Below, piece after piece: positions 47,414-57,247 of a DNA stretch of 64,000 bases. How positions within the stretch are numbered: the stretch's first letter is position 1; each line of letters begins with the position of its first letter. The translations under genes and the position numbers were made by a program. The notes below the pieces were generated by a model, which had not been told where the DNA came from, did not search any database, and worked only from the letters and a program-made list of their open reading frames with translations. Source of the DNA: an uncultured Bacilli bacterium (GTDB lineage: Bacteria; Bacillota_I; Bacilli_A; RF39; UBA660); the NCBI GenBank assembly GCA_947629445.1, contig CANRDU010000001.1:1386-65385 (forward strand), read 5' to 3'.

Positions 47414-48028
47414 TTATTTTGTTATATTAGGATTAGCAGCATAATATAAGCTTTTTTGCGCCATAGCATCATTTCTTCTAAGTTGAGATTCTATTTCACT
47501 ATTAAGCTTTGTCATGCTTCTTGCAAAATTAACTCTTGATACGATATGTAAAATATAAGAGTCAACCATAGATAAGGTTGCATAATTCTCTTCTTTTTGT
47601 TCCTCACTTACTTTTTCTCTTAACTCCTCACTGGGAATTTGACTCAAATGTTGTATTTGGGCTTTAGCATATTTAAGTTCTTTTGAAGATAACTTGCTTA
47701 GCATCAATTCATCTATAGATTGATTTACCATAAAATCATAGACTTCCATATATTCATCTTGAGAAATTTTGCTTGTTCCATATCTTTTAAATAATTCTAA
47801 CATTCTAATCTGACTGTTATAGGATCTTATCTCATCTAATTCTTCTAATGTCAACTCTTCTACTGGTTTAGAATTTAATTCCTGTATTCTCACTTTTTGA
47901 AATTCTGGTACATATGACAACCATTTTATCCATTCCATATACGGATCAACATTTCCAATAACTTCTCCATGAATTACTTTAGCACTACTACCCGCCATCA
48001 TATTTGCCATCATTCTATTAAAACTCAT
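47414..48028 (-). CDS. Hypothetical protein (204 aa)
   Basis: ORF only. Confidence 0.45.
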   Translation of the reverse strand: MSFNRMMANMMAGSSAKVIHGEVIGNVDPYMEWIKWLSYVPEFQKVRIQELNSKPVEELTLEELDEIRSYNSQIRMLELFKRYGTSKISQDEYMEVYDFMVNQSIDELMLSKLSSKELKYAKAQIQHLSQIPSEELREKVSEEQKEENYATLSMVDSYILHIVSRVNFARSMTKLNSEIESQLRRNDAMAQKSLYYAANPNITK

Positions 48029-48251
48029 GTTATCTCTCCTTTTTGTATAAATTTTTTATCATAAAAAAATCACCCAACTCAACTGCTTTGAATTAGGTGA
48101 AACCAATTCTTGGCAACACTCAACACTAGCATATTGAATGTTCCTTTTTTTATTTTATGCAAGTTTCCTTGGTACACTCATAGTAACATAAAAACGACTT
48201 TTTGACAAGTCGCTTTTTCAGTAACTCAGAAATTCCGAGTATCGATCAATT

Positions 48252-48328
48252 TGGTAGCCTGTACGGGATTCGGACCCGTGAATGTTGCCTTGAGAGGGCA
48301 ATGTGTTAAACCGCTTCACCAACAGGCC
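48252..48328 (-). tRNA. tRNA-Glu-like (anticodon CTC) with an atypical T-loop
   Basis: GGCCTGTTGGTGAAGCGGTTTAACAC..TTGCCCTCTCAAGGCAA..ACGGGTCCGAATCCCGT ACAGGCTACCA. The architecture matches Bacillus tRNA-Glu. It has G1-U72 and C at position 55. Confidence 0.65.
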
Positions 48329-48383
48329 AGGAATGCCTCAAAGACATTACCATTGTAACATTATTATTGTCGTTTGACAAGAT

Positions 48384-49604
48384 TTATTTCTCATTTTTCA
48401 GAAAAAAGAAATTGCTATTTTCAAAAATAGGGATCACTTTACCATTTGATGTTATACCTTCTATTTTCAAATCAGGAGTTCCTATCATAAAATCAACATG
48501 TGTGGTTCCCTTGTTAATTCCTCTTTGATATCTCTCTTCCTCTGTCATTTTTTCTCCCCCTATTAAAGACTCACTAAAACCAGATCCCAGTGCCACATGA
48601 CAAGAGGCATTTTCATCTAACAAAGTGGTATTAAAAACCAAACCGGTATTGGAAATAGGAGAATTGTCATTTACAAGAGCAATCTCCCCTAAATAATGAC
48701 TTGCTTCCTCCCCTTCAATAATTCCCCTTAGAATGTCCTCTCCTTCTTCAGCATGAAACTCAACAACTCTTCCTTTCTTGAAAACTAAATAAAAATTGTG
48801 AATTCTTCTTCCCTGATAATAGAGTGGACGTGAACTATAAATCGTACCTTCTGTCTTTAAATAATGGGGAGAAGTAAACACTTCATAAGAAGGCATATTC
48901 ACCATAATATTCTCACCAAAGGCATCTTGCTCTCCCGCATGGGAAAACTGATAACCTAACGGTAATTCGACCGTAAAATCAGTACCCAAATTATTTTGAT
49001 AGTGCAACGTCTTTAATGATAAACTATTTAAATAAGTAGCTCTTTCCTTTGCTTGCTTTAATTCTTGTTTCCATGCTAATAAAGGATTTTCTTTTAATAG
49101 ACAAACTTGCTCTAAAATATTTTTTAATTTCTCATAACCATTCTCTTCTGTAGGAAATAATAAATGAGCCCAATATTTAGATGGATACGGTGCGATACAC
49201 CAAGACAGTTCTTTATTCATTAATTTTCTGTCATAGATAGGCTTACTTGTCCTACGAATTCTCATGAGTTCTTCAAACTTTTCATTCTCTACAGAAGAAA
49301 AGACATCCTCGCTAACTGTCTCTAAAAAAAGCAATGCCCCACCTTCTTCGGCCACTTTATTCCATTCTTTTCTTGAAAAAATATCCTTGGTTTTCATTTG
49401 TTCTAATGGTGTCTTGTCTAGTTCCTCCCGTATTTGACTAGGATTTTCTTTTCCTAAAACAAGCGGAATAGAAAGTCTTTTGGCCTCTTTCTCCAAATAG
49501 GGAATAAATTCTTCTACCTCTTCTTGATAATGCACATAAACATATTTGCTATTTTTACTATCTAAACAATATTCTAACAATAATCTAGCATATTTTTCGT
49601 CCAT
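48384..49604 (-). CDS. Aminopeptidase (M29 family, AmpS/PepS-like)
   Basis: The length (406 aa) and the C-terminal HVALGSGF...GTTHVDFMIG pattern resemble the M29 family. Confidence 0.5.
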   Translation of the reverse strand: MDEKYARLLLEYCLDSKNSKYVYVHYQEEVEEFIPYLEKEAKRLSIPLVLGKENPSQIREELDKTPLEQMKTKDIFSRKEWNKVAEEGGALLFLETVSEDVFSSVENEKFEELMRIRRTSKPIYDRKLMNKELSWCIAPYPSKYWAHLLFPTEENGYEKLKNILEQVCLLKENPLLAWKQELKQAKERATYLNSLSLKTLHYQNNLGTDFTVELPLGYQFSHAGEQDAFGENIMVNMPSYEVFTSPHYLKTEGTIYSSRPLYYQGRRIHNFYLVFKKGRVVEFHAEEGEDILRGIIEGEEASHYLGEIALVNDNSPISNTGLVFNTTLLDENASCHVALGSGFSESLIGGEKMTEEERYQRGINKGTTHVDFMIGTPDLKIEGITSNGKVIPIFENSNFFFLKNEK

Positions 49605-49629
49605 ATATATCCTTTCTAAAAAAAGAGAA

Positions 49630-49848
49630 TTAAGCTTTCCAGATTCTCTTTCCTAAATCAATACCATAAAGTTCTAAGTGAATAGAAATTTGATGAATTT
49701 CAATATCTTTAAATCCCATCTGTTTTAAATCTCTCTTCGTCAACACCCAAATATCTTCAATAGTATTTATATTATTATTGACTAATTTATCCACAATGTT
49801 ACTATCTATTTTTAAAACAGAAATAGATTGTTTTAATCGTTCCTTCAT
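49630..49848 (-). CDS. Small helix-hairpin-helix protein (RNA polymerase alpha-CTD-like)
   Basis: ..ISVLKIDSNIVDKLVNNNINTIEDIWVLTKRDLKQMGFKDIEIHQISIHLELYGI.. pattern. Confidence 0.4.
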   Translation of the reverse strand: MKERLKQSISVLKIDSNIVDKLVNNNINTIEDIWVLTKRDLKQMGFKDIEIHQISIHLELYGIDLGKRIWKA

Positions 49849-49930
49849 AACAACACCTACTAAAATTATAACAATTTTTTCTTTTTTTCGTAAGTAATAT
49901 TTTCCCTATCCAGAAAATATTCCCATAAAA

Positions 49931-50353
49931 TTAACTCCTGTTTTTCTTTTTCTCTATAGTAGATAATTGAACGAAATCTTTTGATAATTCTATCGTCCCA
50001 TCGTCAATGACATATTCTTTATCATCCTTTAAAATAACGTTTTCAATATTTGGTAACTCTTTCGGATTCATCACTCTCATAATCTCATGCTTAATATAAT
50101 GTAGTTGTGTACAATGAGGTGAGCGATTTACAGAGGCAAAAGTTAGACTGGTTACCTTACCAGTGGATAGTATTCCACAAATTTTCGTGATTGCCATATT
50201 CATATGTTCTTTTTCCAAACAGAAAGTAAGAACAGTATCCATTTTAGTCGCTAGTTTCTCATAAGCTTTTGGTTGCATTTTAGATAAACACGTCCCACAA
50301 ATCAATACCTTTCCTCTAACATCATAAAGATTCGTCTCTAATAAACTATTCAT
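49931..50353 (-). CDS. Hypothetical Cys-containing protein (140 aa)
   Basis: ORF with CGTC..C motifs. No recognised domain. Confidence 0.45.
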   Translation of the reverse strand: MNSLLETNLYDVRGKVLICGTCLSKMQPKAYEKLATKMDTVLTFCLEKEHMNMAITKICGILSTGKVTSLTFASVNRSPHCTQLHYIKHEIMRVMNPKELPNIENVILKDDKEYVIDDGTIELSKDFVQLSTIEKKKNRS

Positions 50354-50443
50354 AAAACAAACTCCTTTAAAAACATCTTTATCTTATCCTATGAATTTAT
50401 ATAATAAAACCCGTACTAAGAAAAGTACGAGTTTAGTTATCAA

Positions 50444-50520
50444 TGGTAGCGACGGGGAGATTCGAACTCTCGACACCATGGGTATGAACCATGTGCTCTA
50501 GCCAACTGAGCTACATCGCC
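50444..50520 (-). tRNA. tRNA-Met (CAT), elongator type
   Basis: GGCGATGTAGCTCAGTTGGCTAGAGCACATGGTTCATACCCATG..GAGAGTTCGAATCTCCCCGTCGCTACCA closely resembles Bacillus elongator tRNA-Met. Confidence 0.85.
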
Positions 50521-50658
50521 ATAACAGAAACAATATAAATATATCATATTTGCCTATTTTTGACAATAGTTATTCTGAATTTTTTTCCTGATTACCAAAT
50601 TCTTTGTTATTATCATTTACAGAATTAAAAAAAATATGAAAGTAAATACTTCCATATT

Positions 50659-51705
50659 TTAAACCAATGTTTTAATCGCATCCCATAAGTTTTTTCGACT
50701 ATCTTCATCTAAACTTTTCACATTTTGAACAACTTTAACAGACTTTCCGATAGAGAAGAAATCGTGTGTATCATAAACTTCTACATAATCAAATACTTGG
50801 AATAAATCCTCCATACACTTCTGGCAATCTCTCTTCTTTATATTATCCAACCATGCGTTAGTCTTACTAGATACTTTTTTACTATATTCACTCAACTGAG
50901 CTTCTTTAAAAGCATTTCCTTCTATACACCAGTGGAAGGGATCATGTTGAAAAATTCTTTTACTAGAACTTTTTACTACGGATATATCTTCTCCATAGTA
51001 TAAGAACATCCCAATAATACTCTCTCTAGGAACAATTTTATGAATCTTTGATTGAATTCTTTTATATTTCCTAGAATGAATAATTGATTCTGCAAAACCT
51101 GGTCCATCATTATTGTAAATAGCAATTACTTTTCTTTGAACATAAAATGGTGATTCTAATACCGATGCTACGGCGATATTTCCACCCTTAGAATGTCCCC
51201 CTACTCTAATTTTATCTCCAAAAAAGCGATATATTTTTCGCAAGTATTGGGAAGCAAGAACTTGAGCTGGAACAGGGTATTGATAAGTCATACAAGCATC
51301 TTCTCTCCAACCACTAATAGTAGTATCCGTTCCTTCATAAGAAACATAAATTGTATGATCTGGTAATTGGATTGACAGTGCACCAAATTGACAGTCATGA
51401 TTAATCACTTGTACATAGTTGCTCAATGATAAATGCTGATAACGAGGTGCTTTCGCCATTTCTTTTATCAAACGATATATTTTTTTACAAAAATAAGATT
51501 TGATGTTTAGTTGATTTTTCTTTTCATGGCGAATTAAAATCTTAGCAACTTCTTCGATAGTAATAGCCTCTTCATGAAAACCTCCAACAATTCCTGCTAG
51601 TGGCAAATAAGAAAGCTGAGAAAAGATGACATTATCTATATCATTGAATGCCATTTCTGAAAAAGAAGATTTACCATATTGTTTCACATAATGAATAAGA
51701 TTCAT
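50659..51705 (-). CDS. Alpha/beta-hydrolase, lipase-like (DUF2974/Mbeg1-like)
   Basis: Nucleophile elbow GGHSKGG. Confidence 0.55.
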   Translation of the reverse strand: MNLIHYVKQYGKSSFSEMAFNDIDNVIFSQLSYLPLAGIVGGFHEEAITIEEVAKILIRHEKKNQLNIKSYFCKKIYRLIKEMAKAPRYQHLSLSNYVQVINHDCQFGALSIQLPDHTIYVSYEGTDTTISGWREDACMTYQYPVPAQVLASQYLRKIYRFFGDKIRVGGHSKGGNIAVASVLESPFYVQRKVIAIYNNDGPGFAESIIHSRKYKRIQSKIHKIVPRESIIGMFLYYGEDISVVKSSSKRIFQHDPFHWCIEGNAFKEAQLSEYSKKVSSKTNAWLDNIKKRDCQKCMEDLFQVFDYVEVYDTHDFFSIGKSVKVVQNVKSLDEDSRKNLWDAIKTLV

Positions 51706-51755
51706 ATCATCACTTCCCTTCTATAAAGAAAACCTCCTAAGAGGTAATTTACTTA

Positions 51756-51830
51756 TGGCTGCCCCAGTTAGATTCGAACTAACGCATCGTGGAGTCAGAG
51801 TCCACTGCCTTACCGCTTGGCCATGGGGCA
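51756..51830 (-). tRNA. tRNA-Gln (CTG)
   Basis: TGCCCCATGGCCAAGCGGTAAGGCAGTGGACTCTGACTCCAC..GTTCGAATCTAACTGGGGCAGCCA. Firmicute-type Gln tRNA starting with U1. Confidence 0.85.
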
Positions 51831-51933
51831 ATGCAATAACATTATACCTCTTTTTTTTTAATTTGCAAATAGTTTTCCTATTACTTTTTATATTCTATGC
51901 AAAAACAAACAAAAAAGAAGAGGAAACTCTCCT

Positions 51934-52575
51934 TTATGTTATTTTGCGAAATAATAATTTGCCAATTTGCTTAATTCCCTTCGCTATAACGAAAATAATA
52001 TTTTCTTTTTCAAAAAAATCTTCATCCACATCTTGATGGCATAATGTACTAACATACTCTCGCAAACTACCACCATAAGATTCATATCTTTGTAAAATTT
52101 TAATCATCATTTCAGGGCTAATTTTTCTTTCACGTAATTTGTTCTTTTCTATCCCATTTTTTTGAAGAAGTGTAGAAACAAATTCTGTGCAGATATAAGA
52201 ATCACGAATAGAAAATTGAATACCTGTTTTAAAAAATAGCAAGCCAAACAAATTGTACATATATCGTTCTTCATGTCTTTTGAAATATTCTAAATCATTT
52301 TCAATTCCGCGATACTGTTTTTGTGTTACGGGAATACAAAAGATTTTAGCTTGCACATCCCCTTCTTTACCCAAACTTAAAGAATTGATACTTTCTTTGA
52401 CAAATCCCCCTACCAAAGGATTTTGATAGTGAAATCTGGCAAAAGAATATATTTCATTGAGATTTTTATCCAAGGAAATAGAAGCATGACTATAATCATT
52501 GCCTGTAATTTTTCGAATAGCCCGTCCAGGCATAGTCATTGTCCTCGTTAAAATGACATAAATATAACGACTCAT
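51934..52575 (-). CDS. Hypothetical protein, possibly a permuted papain-like (YiiX-type) hydrolase
   Basis: ..GNDYSHASISL.. weakly resembles the YiiX motif. Confidence 0.4.
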   Translation of the reverse strand: MSRYIYVILTRTMTMPGRAIRKITGNDYSHASISLDKNLNEIYSFARFHYQNPLVGGFVKESINSLSLGKEGDVQAKIFCIPVTQKQYRGIENDLEYFKRHEERYMYNLFGLLFFKTGIQFSIRDSYICTEFVSTLLQKNGIEKNKLRERKISPEMMIKILQRYESYGGSLREYVSTLCHQDVDEDFFEKENIIFVIAKGIKQIGKLLFRKIT

Positions 52576-52607
52576 GTACTACCACTTCCTATTAATAGAA
52601 AAAGGCA

Positions 52608-53195
52608 TTAAGCCTCTTCATTTTGTTTCATGCATGCTGCGACATTTCCACCATTTTGAATGGTTTTAACAACATCACACAACTTTATTGTAGAATTTTC
52701 CTTAATCATTCTAATAAATTTTCTCTCTCTCGAAGTATCCCATCCAATAAAATAATCATTCCCCATTACTGTAAAAGGAACATAATTATAATCTTCTTCA
52801 GAAACACCTAAAGCATCTTTTACTTTATTAGCAAGTTCTGCATTTTTACTATCTGATACTTCATAGTAATGAATATTAAGGTATGGATAATCTCCTTCAA
52901 TACTTTTTAACCATGCTATTTCACTCTGACAAACAGAACAAGTAGAAGAGTGAAATATGTAAAATTCTACTGTATACTTTCCTACATTAGGATCTTCATT
53001 TTCATTAGAATTGGTATTAGTAATATTAGAATTACTACTCGTATTAGTATCCGTATTTGTATTTGTGTTATTATTGGTATCTGTATTTGTGTTTTGATTG
53101 CTATTGGAATTGCTGTTTTCACTTTTACCTCCGCAACCCACTAATAATAAAGTACATATAATAACCAATATCCATTTTTTCATGTAATCCATCAC
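52608..53195 (-). CDS. Lipoprotein with an N/T-rich linker and a thioredoxin-like CxxC domain
   Basis: Signal plus lipobox LLVGCGG, the tract NSNSNSNQNTNTDTNNNTNTNT, then ..FHSSTCSVCQSEIAWL.. (CxxC). Confidence 0.55.
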   Translation of the reverse strand: MMDYMKKWILVIICTLLLVGCGGKSENSNSNSNQNTNTDTNNNTNTNTDTNTSSNSNITNTNSNENEDPNVGKYTVEFYIFHSSTCSVCQSEIAWLKSIEGDYPYLNIHYYEVSDSKNAELANKVKDALGVSEEDYNYVPFTVMGNDYFIGWDTSRERKFIRMIKENSTIKLCDVVKTIQNGGNVAACMKQNEEA

Positions 53196-53203
53196 ACTAC
53201 TAT

Positions 53204-55192
53204 CTATTTTTTCTTTTGATCTTGATCTGGCTCGTCACCAAAGGAACCAAGTTCTTCTAATAAATCATACCAAGCTTTAGCTTCTGGACTGGCAAACGCG
53301 TCTGGATCTGTATCCAAAGTTCCTATACCAGGCTCTTCTTGAGGACGTTTTGCTTCTGTAGAAACACTACCAATGGTGGCAGATGGTAAATCTTGTTGTC
53401 CTGGTAAGAAAATTCCTTTAAACTTTTTACCAATCTGTGGTATACGAAGCTTAGAACGAGAAGTTCTATCCTGTTTCTTTCCATCTTCTACGGTTTCTGA
53501 TTGTGTAACCGTTGGTTCATCTGTCTCTGGAGTAGATTTTGATACTCGTGCTTCTGGAACCTTTTTCGGTTTTTCTGCCTCAGTAGCAGGTACACCCGTT
53601 TCTTGGGTACGAACCTCTTCAGAAGAAGTTCTTTCTACTTGTACAGTTGATGCTTCTTCCTGTTCTTTCTTTGGTTTTGACTCCATGGTAGCGGTTGCAG
53701 AAGTTACCTGTGTACGAACTTGCCCATGTTCTATAATTTCCCCAACAGTCGTTTGAAGAGATAATGGTTTTTTACCTGCAACTGGTCTTGCATCAAAACA
53801 CATAACATCTACTGGTATCAGTTGACTAGCATCAAACTCATCTATTTTCTTACTAGCACAAATAGTCTTTACCACATCTTTAGATAAAGAAGCATTTTTA
53901 AAATCTTTAGATCCAGAACTATACACTTTTGATAAAGCTTCTACATAGTATTCATAAAGTTCGCTTGGCTCTAAATCTCTTGCTCTAATACCCTCACTAT
54001 CTAATCTTTTCTTTACTGTTAATTCAGCACTTTGTCTAGCCGTTTCGGTAATAGGAATGACTTGTACATATCCTTGTGAAATACCATCCTCAGTAAACCC
54101 TATTGGACACATTCTTACAAAACTAGAACCAACCAAACGTCCTACTTTAAAACGTTCTGGTGTATTTTTTGGAGAATGAATCATCGCCATAACTGGATAA
54201 GTAATTAAACAAGAAGTCAAATCTTTAGAAGTACCATAGTAACCTGGTACAGGAAAGTCAAGATTTAAAGCATCGATTTGATCAGGAGTATATCCCTCTT
54301 GTTTTTCTAAAACTTCTACTGTATTTTCTCTAATCTCATCATTTTGTTCCTCCACATATCTTTTAATTCCTTCTCTAAAATCAAGAGGAAAGAAAGAAAT
54401 ATGAGTCAAACCAGATAGCATGGTATCTAGTTTTCGAATTGCTTGCTTAGTAAATTCATCAAGACTTGGTGTTGATGGTTTTACTTCAGAAGTTTCTTGT
54501 GGAGTAACACTTGGGCTATCTTCTTTTTTCTCCGGCTTTTTTGGTAACAAATCAAATAATTGAGCATCCGCAGATCTATGTTCCGCTGGTTTAGATTCTG
54601 GCTTTGCTACAGATGTTGCCTCAGCATCCTGAGTTGATGTGGTCGTGGTCTCTACAACCGGAGTATCTTCTTTTTTTTGTGGATCGCTAGGTAGCAAATC
54701 AAATAATTGAGCATCAGAAAACCTAGGTGCTTCTGGTTTAGGTTCTGGCTTTGGTGTAGATACAGATACTGTTTCAACCCTTGAAGTTAATGTAGTATCT
54801 GTCTGTTGCTTATCCTTCTTGTCTTGTTCTAATCTATAAGCTTCCTCGCAAGAATATTGTTTTCCATCCTCAGAAATAAAGAATGTTAAATCTTTGCCAC
54901 TTCCTAATTCGTAACGTCCTCCCACTAAACGAAAGCATCCCTCTATGTTCAAGGCTGTTAAAATATTGGCAACCTCATTATTCATAGCAGACATTACCTC
55001 GTTGTCACGTGCAAATTTATTAATTGCCGCAATTCTGACTTCTTCTGGTTCTTGCATATGTTGCATAAATACCTGCAAAAATTGGGCACTTGACATATTT
55101 AATATACTAATACGTTCATTTGTTTGAATTGCTATCATGCTCTCACTCCTATCATATACAACAATGATACCATAATTCTGGTATTTTTTCAA
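53204..55192 (-). CDS. Hypothetical protein (662 aa) with duplicated DAQLFDLLP motifs, Pro/Glu/Thr-rich spacers and an acidic tail
   Basis: Internal repeats RFSDAQLFDLLPSDPQKKEDTP and RSADAQLFDLLPKKPEKKEDSP. No signal peptide. Confidence 0.5.
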   Translation of the reverse strand: MKKYQNYGIIVVYDRSESMIAIQTNERISILNMSSAQFLQVFMQHMQEPEEVRIAAINKFARDNEVMSAMNNEVANILTALNIEGCFRLVGGRYELGSGKDLTFFISEDGKQYSCEEAYRLEQDKKDKQQTDTTLTSRVETVSVSTPKPEPKPEAPRFSDAQLFDLLPSDPQKKEDTPVVETTTTSTQDAEATSVAKPESKPAEHRSADAQLFDLLPKKPEKKEDSPSVTPQETSEVKPSTPSLDEFTKQAIRKLDTMLSGLTHISFFPLDFREGIKRYVEEQNDEIRENTVEVLEKQEGYTPDQIDALNLDFPVPGYYGTSKDLTSCLITYPVMAMIHSPKNTPERFKVGRLVGSSFVRMCPIGFTEDGISQGYVQVIPITETARQSAELTVKKRLDSEGIRARDLEPSELYEYYVEALSKVYSSGSKDFKNASLSKDVVKTICASKKIDEFDASQLIPVDVMCFDARPVAGKKPLSLQTTVGEIIEHGQVRTQVTSATATMESKPKKEQEEASTVQVERTSSEEVRTQETGVPATEAEKPKKVPEARVSKSTPETDEPTVTQSETVEDGKKQDRTSRSKLRIPQIGKKFKGIFLPGQQDLPSATIGSVSTEAKRPQEEPGIGTLDTDPDAFASPEAKAWYDLLEELGSFGDEPDQDQKKK

Positions 55193-55294
55193 TGACTTAC
55201 TCTATTTTTTCGTAGTGCAGTAAGTCAAAAAAACAATAAAATTCTTTCAAACGTTCACTATTATATCATAAAATTTAATCTTCGCTACTTTTTA

Positions 55295-56212
55295 TTAATC
55301 TTTATTTTGAACTATCTTTTTTTTCTTCTCTTGGAATTGTGGAATTAGTTCATGCCAATCACCTTTAGGTAAGAACATAGAAACATCTTCTCCATTTTTT
55401 CTTCTTCTTTGAAACTCTTGCCATTCAACAGTTGTCAACTCTTCCTTAAAATGGTGATTATAGAATTGAAACCATGCTTTATAGCTAGGTGTAGGTACCA
55501 TAGGAAGACCTTCCTTAGGTTCTGAAAATTCTACCCCAAATCGTCTAGTTTGATATATCAAATAAGCATATGCATATTGATCTTCAATTAAATCACTTGG
55601 ATTTATTGGACCTTGCGCAGTATGAGTACAATCCGCAATATGATGACTTAAGGCATCAATCATTAAGTATAAATCTACCTCACTATATTGGGAAACTTCC
55701 TCTGGATTTTGAATGCTCCCTAAATCAATTCCCATAATTCTAGAATTATTGATACTCTTTGGTCCTTCTAAATAATCTTCTATTACTCGATTACCATAAA
55801 GGAATAAATTTGTAACCTTAGCATTTCCATAAGCTCTGCCATTTACAATTCCACTAATGCGCATCTCAGGATTTATGCTATCCCATTCTACCTTAAGTAC
55901 CGTCTCCCCGTTTTCTTCTACATTGTAACGACAAATAGGCATTTCCCCATCCATTGCTTTTGTTAACATTTGAATACATTCCATGGCACTTTCTGTAAAC
56001 ACTTCACAACCAAAGGTTACTCTACAATGCATTGGTTGATACAAAATCTGAATTTTTTTATCATCTAAACATCCTTCAATTTTTCCAGTAACAGTCATCA
56101 ATAAATCGGCTTCTAATCGATCGTGATAATGACTTAATAAAAACTGACATAATTCAAAAGCACTTTGCATTTTTTTAGCTCGCATATGCAAAACTCCTTT
56201 CAACGTCTCCAT
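55295..56212 (-). CDS. Hypothetical protein (305 aa)
   Basis: ORF only. Confidence 0.5.
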   Translation of the reverse strand: METLKGVLHMRAKKMQSAFELCQFLLSHYHDRLEADLLMTVTGKIEGCLDDKKIQILYQPMHCRVTFGCEVFTESAMECIQMLTKAMDGEMPICRYNVEENGETVLKVEWDSINPEMRISGIVNGRAYGNAKVTNLFLYGNRVIEDYLEGPKSINNSRIMGIDLGSIQNPEEVSQYSEVDLYLMIDALSHHIADCTHTAQGPINPSDLIEDQYAYAYLIYQTRRFGVEFSEPKEGLPMVPTPSYKAWFQFYNHHFKEELTTVEWQEFQRRRKNGEDVSMFLPKGDWHELIPQFQEKKKKIVQNKD

Positions 56213-56235
56213 ATTATATCATAGTTTTTGGCAAA

Positions 56236-56260
56236 GAAAAAGCATTCTAAAATGCTTTTC
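56236..56260 (-). terminator. Rho-independent terminator after the surface-anchor gene
   Basis: Minus strand: AAAGCATT-ttaga-AATGCTTT TTCTTTG. Confidence 0.5.
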
Positions 56261-56271
56261 CTATTTCTATA

Positions 56272-57246
56272 TTAATATTCTTTTCTATTTTTTAGAACTA
56301 CCATTACAATAGTTCCAACGGCTACTATCGCAGCAACACCTAATAATACAAACGGTAAAATACTTTTCTTATCTTCTTTTGGTTTTTCTTCAGTCGTATT
56401 TGTACTAGAGTTTGACAAAGTATTCGTTTGGGAATTACTACCAGAAGTAATATTTGACCCACTATTGGTATTAGAATTGACACCAGTATTAGAATTTGTA
56501 TTACTATCTACATTCGTATTTGTTTCCACATTTTCGTTTGAATTAGAACTGCTTACTGTAGAATTTCCAGAACTATTGGTATTACTATTACTAGTAGGTT
56601 TATTGGTGTTAGAATTGCTACTGACGTTAGAATTCGTATGACTATTAGAATTACTGTTGCTACTTGTATTACTGTTTGTATTACTATTAGAGTGACTACC
56701 CATATTACTGTTCGTGTTACTATTGGTATTACTATTTGTGTTACTATCGTGGCTAGATGTGCTAACCTTATAATGTAATTGGCTGTTATCCGTATTTGTT
56801 ACTGTACGAGTATTTGATCGATAACTAGTGTCCACTACTTGAATACTGCTCATCGTAACATTATAGTCAGTATCTTTACTAGCTTTTACTTTTATTTTTC
56901 CAATAGTAATTGTACGAGTATTATCTGCTAAATTTTTAAGAGTTCCTTTACTAGTAGTATCTCCCGTTGCTACATAAATGCGAAGTGTCCCTTTAGCAGA
57001 ATCATAATTCGCACTTAGTAGGTAACTAGAAGAAATAGATTTATCCCACTCTATTCCTTCATAAGTTACTCCCCCTGTTAGTGTAAGGGTAGTATCAAAA
57101 GCCCCCACTACACCATCTTCTAATGTCACTTTTAATTCTACTTCCCCGTTTGCAGTACTTGTACGGGTAAAAGTAGCAGCATGAGAAACTAACATACCGG
57201 TAAAAAATGCCAAAAATGTAACAAGTGCTAATGTTAATTTCTTCAT
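56272..57246 (-). CDS. Cell-surface anchor protein: signal peptide, ~150-aa beta-rich module (cohesin-sized), S/N/T linker and a C-terminal TM anchor
   Basis: Signal MKKLTLALVTFLAFFTGMLVSHA. Globular segment ATFTRTST...YKVS. An SNSNTN low-complexity linker. C-terminal ILPFVLLGVAAIVAVGTIVMVVLKNRKEY. Confidence 0.5.
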   Translation of the reverse strand: MKKLTLALVTFLAFFTGMLVSHAATFTRTSTANGEVELKVTLEDGVVGAFDTTLTLTGGVTYEGIEWDKSISSSYLLSANYDSAKGTLRIYVATGDTTSKGTLKNLADNTRTITIGKIKVKASKDTDYNVTMSSIQVVDTSYRSNTRTVTNTDNSQLHYKVSTSSHDSNTNSNTNSNTNSNMGSHSNSNTNSNTSSNSNSNSHTNSNVSSNSNTNKPTSNSNTNSSGNSTVSSSNSNENVETNTNVDSNTNSNTGVNSNTNSGSNITSGSNSQTNTLSNSSTNTTEEKPKEDKKSILPFVLLGVAAIVAVGTIVMVVLKNRKEY

Positions 57247-57247
57247 G

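Noticed and set aside
51755-52036. Predicted 93-aa ORF on the plus strand
   Set aside because: It coincides with the antisense of tRNA-Gln (51756..51830) and a minus-strand gene. It is an artefact.
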